Source: Octopus sinensis | Taxonomy: Eukaryota | Direction: 5' to 3' | Assembly: GCF_006345805.1 (NCBI RefSeq) | Contig: NC_043006.1 | Location: forward strand, 32,922,001-32,986,000 | DNA: 64,000 nt | Shown: positions 54,730 to 64,000 of the stretch, one piece after another | Position numbering within the stretch: the first letter of the stretch is position 1 | Layout of the letters: every line of letters begins with the position of its first letter | Program-made: the position numbers and the translations under genes | Notes under the pieces: model-generated | What the model was told of the DNA's origin: nothing | Database searches by the model: none | Seen by the model: the letters and a program-made list of their open reading frames with translations, nothing else

Positions 54730-55530
54730 TCGAGACTCTATTAAATTCTGAAAAGAAAGTTGGGCTGAAGATTTTGATTCAGATGAAACTAAAAACACTG
54801 GAAAAAAATCCCCGAACCTAATATAGATTTCAAAAGGGAATCAATGGCAGGTTATGGTGGAGGATAGAAGGCCCCGATGCTACGACTGTAGAAACACCAA
54901 CTGCCTCAACGCTTTCTGACACCAATAACAACAACAAAAGGAATTGACAATTGAAAGTAGACCACCACTACTGTCAACACCAGATGTTCAACAACACAGC
55001 AAGTTTGATTGCAGCTCCAGGTACAACACTATAAGCAGCACTTATGGAAACAGCACAAAAATACAAAGGACGCTTTCAAGAGCACATCATCGTCAAAAGC
55101 AAGAACAACTATGCTAGAAAACATGCCCCTCTCCGCGTAGAACCAATAAGGTATATTGTATGGTGAAAGTGACAGTGAGGGAACTAAATGACAATAATGT
55201 AATACTAATAGAATTAGAAAAAAATACCATGTACTGGCAGATAAGAAGAAACAATGCATCAGCACCATCTCACAACAGGAACTACCCCAAACTATTAAAG
55301 ACACCCATCACCATTGCAACCTCCTCTACTGTCTCAGATACAAACGTTACAGGCACAAGCGCAACCTCAGTTACGTAAACAACTTTCAGATCATACACTG
55401 CCACGAAATAAAATTATTAACTCCATAGCGATAAATACAGACACAAAAGAACTAATAGACCACATACACCATCATTCAAACATCACATGCAATGACTTCA
55501 TTGCATTGACAGCCGAGAGAATCAACTGCA
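54730..55530 (+). mobile_element. Possible degraded LINE ORF1 region
   Basis: A/C-rich; one segment reads WQVMVEDRRPRCYDC, like a Tx1/L1 ORF1 knuckle. Weak. Confidence 0.3.
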
Positions 55531-55535
55531 GCGAC

Positions 55536-55905
55536 AGGGGGCGCAATGACCCAATGATTAGGGCAACAGACTTGCGGTCGGAGGATCGGGGTTTCGATTC
55601 TCAGATCAGGCGTTGTGTGTGTTTATTGAGCGAAAACACCTAAAGCTCCACGAGGCTCTGGCAGGGGGTGGTGGCGACCCTGTTGTACTCTTTCGCTCCA
55701 ACTTTCTCTCACTCTTTCTTCCTGTTTCTTGTCCCCGACTTCCTACGTAACCGCTGAGCCTGGATGCGCATTCATCCATCCGTCGATGCACTCGGTATCG
55801 TGGGTTGAGCTGCTTTTTCTTCTGCGGGTCTTACGAATAGCAAAGGACCACGTTTTGGACTTCTCTCATCTTGCGTGCTCTGGGACGAAGACCGTTCGCT
55901 CAACA
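55536..55905 (+). mobile_element. SINE family C with a different 3' half and a (CAA/CAG) tail
   Basis: About the first 190 bp match 42766; the sequences diverge after CTCTTTCTTCCTGTTTCT. Confidence 0.8.
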
Positions 55906-56118
55906 GCAACAGCAACAGCAACTGCAGCGACAAACATGTTGTGTAATACGTGTCTGTACGTTCAGAGTTCAATTCTCATCTACATTTCTCCCATTCTTAG
56001 GTTAATGAAATAGGTATCGGTGACATCTAATTTTAAAAGTGCCTGATCTTGTACCAATGTAGAATATTCCTTTTATTCCTCTTGTTATTCTTAATATTTT
56101 CATTTTTATTATTTAAAG

Positions 56119-56282
56119 GTTTCAGTGAACGTCGTTGTGGACTTGACGGCTATTGGTTGGGCAAATATCAAAATGAGACTTCAAATACAAATGGATGGAC
56201 AAATTATACAGGATGCTATATACCGGAGGTTTGGGATATTTACAGTAAAATGTTCGTCGATAAACCAGAAGCGACCAAATTG
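56119..56282 (+). CDS. Pdfr: Next exon of the same class B GPCR ectodomain; PDF-receptor-like
   Basis: T-rich tract + AAG acceptor (AG 56117-18), donor GTTAGT at 56283. Joins the previous exon in frame (C+GT = Arg): RFSERRCGLDGYWLGKYQNETSNTNGWTNYTGCYIPEVWDIYSKMFVDKPEATKL. The C-x-LDG-x-W...GWT-x-Y-x2-CY-x-PE pattern resembles the insect PDF receptor as I recall it; orthology not tested. Confidence 0.85.
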
Positions 56283-56511
56283 GTTAGTATCTGTTCATAT
56301 CTATTATCCTTCTTTGTTTTATTTTTGCTCGCTTCGACTAGTTTCCTTTCCTTATTCGCATATTTTAACTTTATTTTTCTGTATACAAGCATGCTCTGAA
56401 TTTTCCTGTTTTTATGATAACAATAATAATCATAAATAATAATAATGATAATAACCACAACACCAACAAGAACAAAACAAAAACAACAACAACAACAATA
56501 ATAATAGTAAA

Positions 56512-57043
56512 TGCCCTGTTGCAATACCAGTTACTGGCTGTCATGGCTTTTGATTTTAACTGATTAAAAGTGTCATCAGGTTTTGTCTTTGTATAATAAA
56601 AGATGGGCTACAACAAATATTCTGCTCAATACTGCAGATTTGCTTGTCAGTTGCTTGACCTTAACCAGCTGACCATGTCCCTTAGCGGCTGACGATATGT
56701 GCATCTCTGATCACGAGCAGAAGTAGTGGGGGATCATCATAGGTATGTGTTGAGAGGAATTCTTTGGGGTTTGAATTATGCACCTTTTGAAACATCCTTA
56801 TAGAATCCTTAATCAGGGGTCTTTTGAGCTGACTAGGCTACTCAACCAGAAGAAAATTCTAACGGTCTCACCTGCGAGGTCATGCGCTGTTTATCTTGAT
56901 ATGACATCACCATGTCGAGCACATACTGTTGTGATGCTTGTGCCTAGTGTACCCTTATCAGACGGGTAGTCATGATAAGTGCATTGGGGTTCCTATATTT
57001 GTACCCTAATGTTACGTCGATGGCATGCACTGCTCTCTTACTC
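56512..57043 (+). mobile_element. (TAA)n-associated retroposon, older copy in the opposite orientation
   Basis: TGCCCTGTTGCAATACCAG...CTGCTCTCTTACTC-AATAAT, reverse complement of the 51227-51780 unit. Confidence 0.88.
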
Positions 57044-57134
57044 AATAATAACAATAATAATATGTTTGGCTGCAGGTGAACAACTTACCTGGTTTGAATA
57101 GTCTCCCCCCCCCCCAAGCTTTAATTTTGTATAT

Positions 57135-59075
57135 CAGAAGGTGCTTGAAGACCGCTTGGCAGATATTTACCTCAACTAGCAGCAGAACGGGTTGACTTTG
57201 TGAGTCGCGAAATTGCGATTTTACTGAGAAAGAACCGAAACAATGAGAATCACGTTCATAATTTTTCCTCCATTATTTTATTGAGCTCAGATGTCGACAT
57301 GCCACGCAAGTTGTTAGCCAAGGGGTTGGCGCTCGTTGCTAATGATATCATAAATGATAAACAAATATACGCCGTCACCTTATGTGAATATTTCATACAG
57401 GGAGAGAGTGGGGGGTATGGAAGATGGCATTTAGATCAATTAACAGTTTTCAATACATGGCGGCTGTTCTCATGACGGCCGGGTTCTGTCCTATATTCTG
57501 CTGTTGGATTGCTGCAATATACAGCAATATGTGCTCGATCGTTAGGGTGACTGTCCCTCAACAAAATCATTTCGTAAAGTGTACTAGGTCGGTCAAGTTT
57601 GTCCCCTTTCATCTTTTCTGTATTTACTTACACTTGAGCCTCTACAACAGAAATTAGAGACATTGGAATGCATTTCGCACAAAGAAGCGTGTTGGCGTAC
57701 GTAGATGACATCACCATCATATTCTCAAACACAATGCATATCGAGGTGATATGAACTACTCTAAGAAATTACGAGGTATTGACGGAAGCAAAACTCAATC
57801 AGGAAAAAATAGTGGGCTTGTTACTCGGCACCTTCTGAGGCAGGCTAAGGCTTTCCAACAGCGTCGGGTGCTGAACGGAGCGCTTAAATTGTTTGGGATT
57901 TGGTTTGGTTCATATCTCACGTCAAGAAAAACAGAAACTATGTAACGAGCAAAGTAGCCTACGTCGCCCGCAAATTGGCTGAGAGAAAGGCATCCCTGAA
58001 AGGTCGAGTAGAGATGGCGAATACTTACAACGACACCATCATATGTTACTCCATGCCTACTCTTTTGTTGTCTGTGGAAAGGACAGATTTTACAAATCAG
58101 TTATTTCATTTATAGTCACCATCCGCTGAGAAGGGAACTGGGCATGTCGTGATTGATGGATCGCAGGCATACACTGAGGTCGAGGCATTTTCAGTAATTC
58201 TTTAACAAAAACAGATGTGGTGGCTGTCGTTTATCGGATTTGTCTTTCCACAGCTCATCTCGTTTACGGACCTTTAGCGCTGAATCAAGCGAAGACCAAG
58301 TATGGCACCTGACAACCACACTGTCATAAGCACTCACAACCAGTCGGGCAATACGGGAGGTAAATTCCAACGTAGCATGTGTTTACAGGGTTAGTAAAAG
58401 GAAGGGCGTCAATGTATCAAATAAACTCTCCAGGCTTGGAAGTGCCGTCAGCAGTACTGACCAAGACGTATGCAGAGCGACGAAAAGCCTCTGCACCCAC
58501 ACATCCAGTGCCGGAGCACTATTGACATTTAGAGTATGCAGTGGTGTGTAGGACGGATCCGGCAATCATAATGAGTCCATTGTGAAGATCCCTCCTCGCC
58601 TTCCTTCGGGTAGGAAGGACAAGCTGTTTTCATCCCTTTAATGGCCTTAGCTAAATCGGTTGTGCGATGGACCAAAGCGAACCTACTGAAAACATACACC
58701 GTCTTCGTTCACCAAGATTTCATCAAATTTCATTCAGAAATACGAGGGAAGTTTTATGTTCCAAGAAATTTGTTGAAAGGTGAATGAAAGTGGCAAGGAT
58801 GGTCCGAGTGAATGGGTCTTCACTAAGCATGTGCCTGTAGATTGAGGAAGGAGGATAGGGAGGGGACATTTACTTTAAAAGAGAGATGACAGTGATTCAG
58901 TGAGGTACCTACGATCATCAATCGGAAGTTACCCCTGGTTTGGGGAACTTTTCTTTCTTTAATTCTGTTATTTTGTTGTTTACACCTTTTTTATACAACC
59001 CCTGTTGAATCGTATTGAATCTTCCTGTACCCTCATGTGCTCTCCTGCAGATCTTTACTGATTAATGAAGACGCC
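57135..59075 (+). mobile_element. Degraded Tx1/L1-like LINE (RT to 3' end)
   Basis: RKLLAKGLALV, a RQ.CPLS...LEPL-like segment near 57590-57645, and LAYVDDIT at 57692-57715; ends at an (AGT)n tract. Confidence 0.7.
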
Positions 59076-59136
<61 letters not shown>

Positions 59137-59776
59137 TCGTTACTATTATTATTATTATTATTATTTAAGCCGGCTTAATATCATTGCGTGTTTCCGCTAT
59201 ACAAACTGATACATCTCTACACATCTTTGATTGTGGGCAGCTTTTAGCTTCGATATTAATATTTATCTGCTGCACTTAATGCGCTTTGCGAAATATATTA
59301 TTTATCAGTTATTCAATATGTCCTTAGAACACCGTGTATTGTCATCATTCTTTGTATATTTCGAAGCTAAATCCGATTGATTATATTAAAAGATGAGAAT
59401 TATCTTCGCTTCGTATTTTAACGAAAACGCTAAGGAATAAAGAAAAATTAAATTTCTCAAAACTCTGCTGCAGGGGAGAAAGTATTTTGTTCCAGTTTGC
59501 CGAAGATTTATACTGTTTCTTTGAGCTGTCATAAAGAAACCGATTTATTCACCAAGAATATGGTCGGCATGACATAATGTACACAGTCTACAGAAACATC
59601 GCACGAAAGAAAAGTATACGTGAAATAATAAAGTTTTCCAATATCACACGAAATAACATCGATTTTTAAGTTGTGTTTTTATAGAAATATCTCTTATTGT
59701 TTCTCTATACATCTTACAGTTGGTATGCTAATGTGTGCGTGTAAATGTAAATATACATACATTCAGGTTTGTATGC

Positions 59777-59815
<39 letters not shown>

Positions 59816-59820
<5 letters not shown>

Positions 59821-62800
59821 CCAAGACCCTTGACAATGAAATGCAGATTGAAATCTCAAAACACTGTGAAGGAGCACTCCTTGATGAAACCACCAAACTC
59901 TGGAGAAAAACTGCGAGGATGAAGAACTAACATCCCTCCAGCGAATGGAAAAAAACAGCTGGTTCACCAATTATGAAACAGAGTTCACAAAGGAACACCT
60001 TTCAAGCAACCCATATTTTAAAATATCTACTTCAAATCACACCCCTCGCCAAAAACAAAGAAAACCAACCACAAAACACCGAACACGCACCACCCCTAAC
60101 ATCAACAACAACAACAACAGAACTTACAGACAGCACTACAATCCCATCAAAAGAACCGAGACACCCATCATCACAAGACAAAACTTTACCAGACAACGTA
60201 GACCCCAACCCACACAAGAACCGTTCCAGATTCGGAGATCCTACCCTTCACTTAGAAACCCACCTCTGAACTATGATTGTAGATTCCAACCCAAACCGCT
60301 CCTAACTCAGAGTTCTCCCCCAACATATAGGAATTCACTTCTAAACCATGAATATAGTTTCCAACCCACTCTAAGGAACCAACATTACACCCAGGACAAA
60401 CAACCCAGAACCTGGAATAACCAAAACTCTTCCAGGAGGCCACACCAACAACCCAGACCCTGGAACAACCAAAACCTCTTCAACAGACAACATATCAACG
60501 GGGGACAGAATAACAACAACCAAAACCTCTTCAACAGACAACATATCAACGGGGGACAGAATCACATACAGCAAAATACCACAAACAGAAGAACCCCAGG
60601 ATTCCTTTTTTAGGCAAGGGCATCAGTTTCCACGACAACCCAGATGGTAGATACCAATCCCGAAAAACCAAAATAGTGAATCTTTCTAACCTAAACCTGT
60701 CGACACCACAAATAAAAATCCTTTCAAGAGGACTAAAATTCACCCCAACTCCGCAATATACCCTACCTGAGGGAAATACAGGATGACATCTCACACTTTT
60801 GCAGAAAATTACGCCTCACAGAGGAATTTTTTGACAGGAAAATTAATAATAACAAACATTGGTCTGTAACAAAAGCAACTATAATCCCATAAAAGGCAAA
60901 AACAAAACCTTAGACAAATTTTGCGATTACATCTCCAACTTCCCTATGGTGAACTCCCACAACCTAAACTCAAACCCAACACCAGTAAAAGAGAATGGGA
61001 AATCATCCATACGCTACGAGACATCATGACGTCACAATAAAGGAAGCTGATAAGGGTAGTACGGTCGTTGTTATGAATACTGAGCAATATAAAAACTCTG
61101 TATCTCTCCTTTTAGAGGATACCACATACTACTAACGATAGAAAGAGTAGTCGACTACCAGCAATCCAAAACAATGACCAAACTGAAGGCACTCATTTAC
61201 CAACACACCGAATGACTTGACAGCAAAGGAATGCGACTACATTACTAAATTTAATTGCAAAAACCAGCACACTCTATGGGCTTCCAAAAATACACAAGAG
61301 TCAAATTATCACAGAAGCTTGCAAAAAGTCCACTTCACCTGCATCAATATACCACATCCCACTGATCTCAACTGAGACCAATAGTGGCAGGCCCAAGTTG
61401 TGAAACACACAGACTTAGCAACTTTATAGATATCATCTTAAAGCCAATACTGAAACACATTCCAAGTATTGTAAGAGATGACCTGGACCTATTAAATCAT
61501 CTCCCCAAACATACCGAAAAAGACACCTTAATCGTTTCTTTTCTTTTGATGTTATTAATCTTTACACCACAATCCACATGAATATGGACTGAAGCCATTA
61601 AATTCTGGCTGGATAAATATCCCAATGAGATCCGGAAAGAATTAAAAAAGAATTCATAATTGAGGGCCTCAAATTTATTCTGCAAAACAACTTCATGTAT
61701 TTCCACAACAACACTTACAGACAGGTCTCAGGAACTGCAATGGGTACGAAAGTTGCACCTACCTATGCAAACATGGTGATGGCCTACCTGGAATCACATA
61801 TCTATGAAAATCCAAATATAGTACGGCCAGTCTTTCCACAAATACCTGTTGGAGAACTGGAAACGCTACTTAGATGATTGCCTCATCCTATAGTCCCACA
61901 CACTCGACCAACTTATAGACTTCAAAAACCTTATCAACAGTGTAAATAACAACATTCAATTCACAATGGAATATAGTCAGGACCAACTCCCTTTTCTTGA
62001 CATCCTAATCATTAAAAAAGGCGGCAACATTGAAACTGACATCCATTACAAACCCACTGACTCTAAACAATACCTTCTATTCACCTCCAATCACCCAAAA
62101 CACACAAAGACAAATATCCCCTTCAACCTAGCGAGAAGAATCTGCACTATGTCTCAATGACACAACACGAAATAGAAGACTCCGGGAACTAAGGGCAATT
62201 CTTCTCGAAAGACATTACCCGGCATCACTAGTAGACAACGGAATAGAACGGGCCAAATCAATCAACATTCAAGACCTACGAAAACCCAAACACATCCACA
62301 GTACAGTAAATAGCCTCCCCTATCTCTCAACACACAACCCAAGGAATGCAGAAGCTTACACTATTATATAAACATTCCACAACTAAATCAAGACCCACGC
62401 CTGAAAAAAAATACTGGCAGCTCATAAAAATAATAAAGTAAGAGACAACCTAAATCCCTAAAAAACTCCTCACCAACGCAAATTACAACAACACAAACCA
62501 CCGCCCACCATCAAAAAATGTGGTCGCCCCAACTGCAGACCTGCATCCACCTCATTGAGGGATCGTCGTACAAGTTCCACTCGGGACACACATTCATCAT
62601 AAAAAATAATTTCACGTGCGCATCAAAACATTTACTCTACGTCATAAGGTGTGAAGGATGCCACGAAGACTACATAGGGCAAACGAGCCTTACCCTCAGA
62701 GAAAGAATGACAGTTCACCGACAACAACTGAGGGACCCCTCCACAAGACAGATACCATTAAGTGGACACTTAGACCTTTGTGCACACAATAAGTCCCCCA

Positions 62801-62900
62801 ATTCTTAGTCTTCCCACTATACCAATGCTCGACAACACCACAGACCAAACACGAATAAATAAGGAAAGTAATCTTATTCAAAAATACAGACCACACTAAA
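59816..62900 (+). mobile_element. Longer Penelope-like (Neptune-type) element, multiply frameshifted
   Basis: LSRGLKFTPTP, TIKEADKG, YGLPKIHK, RPIVAGPSCETHRLS, QVSGTAMGT, RYLDD, LPFLDI, LLYVIRCEGCHEDYIGQT (GIY-YIG); starts at (TA)n; 51-bp tandem repeat at 60464-60562. Confidence 0.93.
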
Positions 62901-62939
62901 ACATACTAACATACTCTAACATACCCCTGGAAACACATC

Positions 62940-63144
62940 CAGAGCAAGCACACAGGGACACGCGCACACTCACAGCATATCGTGCGGGCGGGCGGGCACA
63001 TGCACACGCATCGGCACGCATAGGACACACTAGCGGGCATTGACCGCACACATACGTGGCATACACACGCATGCATTATATATATGTAGGTTATGTCATA
63101 CACACGCAGCATTATATATATGTGGTTATGTATGTGTGTGAGTG

Positions 63145-63178
<34 letters not shown>

Positions 63179-64000
63179 ACGTTGTGTGTGTGTGCGCGCG
63201 TGTGTATATATGTGTGTGTGTGTGTGCACTGTGTGCGTGTGTGTGTATGTGTGTTGTGTGCGCGCGTTGTGTGGTGTGTGTGTACACGTGTGTAAATAGT
63301 GTGTGTGTGTGCACTGTGTGCGTGTGTGTGTGTATGTGGTGTGTGTGTGTGTGGTGTGTGTGTGATGAATTTTATATATATATATGTGTGTATGTGTTGT
63401 GAAAAAATATATGTATGTGCATGTATGTATGTATGTATATGTATATATATATATATCATATATATATATATAATATATATATATATGTATATATATATGT
63501 GTATGTATATGCGTGTGTGTGTATATTTATTTGCAATGTTTATGCGTGTATAAACATGTGCATTATTGCATGCGCATTGTGTATATGTATATTGTATGTA
63601 TGTGTATTGTATATGTTGTGTACAATTAAGTGTATATATGTGTGTGTATGTGTGCATTGTATATATGTATATTGTAGGTGTGCCATATGTGCATGAATAC
63701 ATGTATATGCATTGCGTGTATATATATGATGCATTGTGTATGTATGTTATGTCTGTGTGTGTTTATATATATTATATGTATGCGTACGTGTATGTGTATG
63801 CATTGTATGTATGTATATTGTGTGTAATGTGGTATATCTATGTAGTGTATGTAAACACTATTTATATGTATACATGTATATTATGTATATGCATTGTCTA
63901 TATATATATATATTATATGTATGTATTGCGTACGTATTTGCATGCATATATTGTGTATGTGTATTATATACATGCTGTATTTGTATATTGTATGTGTATA
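62940..64000. repeat. Degenerate (TG)n/(TA)n low-complexity tract
   Basis: Seen directly. Confidence 0.95.

Noticed and set aside
54763-54800. CTGAAGA...GAAA motif
   Set aside because: No stem I, stem III or NUH triplet.
56121-56125. Alternative TTCAG acceptor for the second GPCR exon
   Set aside because: Out of frame with the upstream exon; the AG at 56117-18 keeps the frame and the F-x-x-R-x-C motif.
59945-60613. 222-aa N/Q/R-rich ORF as a separate gene
   Set aside because: Contiguous with the PLE RT region; best read as the frameshifted N-terminal part of that element.

Overview
AT-rich, microsatellite-dense animal genomic DNA. The repeat families and composition suggest a coleoid cephalopod, probably Octopus; this is inferred from recalled repeat families, not from a search. 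The only host gene I can support is two + strand exons (30423-30530 and 56119-56282) of a class B/secretin-family GPCR most like the PDF receptor, separated by an intron of about 25.6 kb. The rest is intronic or intergenic sequence filled with mobile elements: three tRNA-like SINE families, mariner/Tc1 relics and MITEs, RTE, Tx1 and R4/Dong LINE relics, gypsy fragments, and three Neptune-type Penelope-like elements (PLEs; RT + GIY-YIG). The main unexplained signal is a set of minimal type I hammerhead ribozyme motifs. Two have a compensated U3-A8 core: one in the 3' tail of a PLE (10039-10078) and one in a probable solo tail (54560-54599). Three more (17745-17789, 39822-39865, 40165-40210) sit at the apex of a hairpin in a non-coding unit of about 355 bp that occurs as tandem, inverted and permuted copies, i.e. 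a candidate retrozyme/circular-RNA family next to its possible PLE helper. A second candidate system is a non-coding retroposon of about 555 bp found only in (TAA)n tracts beside R4/Dong-type LINE remnants. Most ORFs in the supplied track are microsatellite artefacts.
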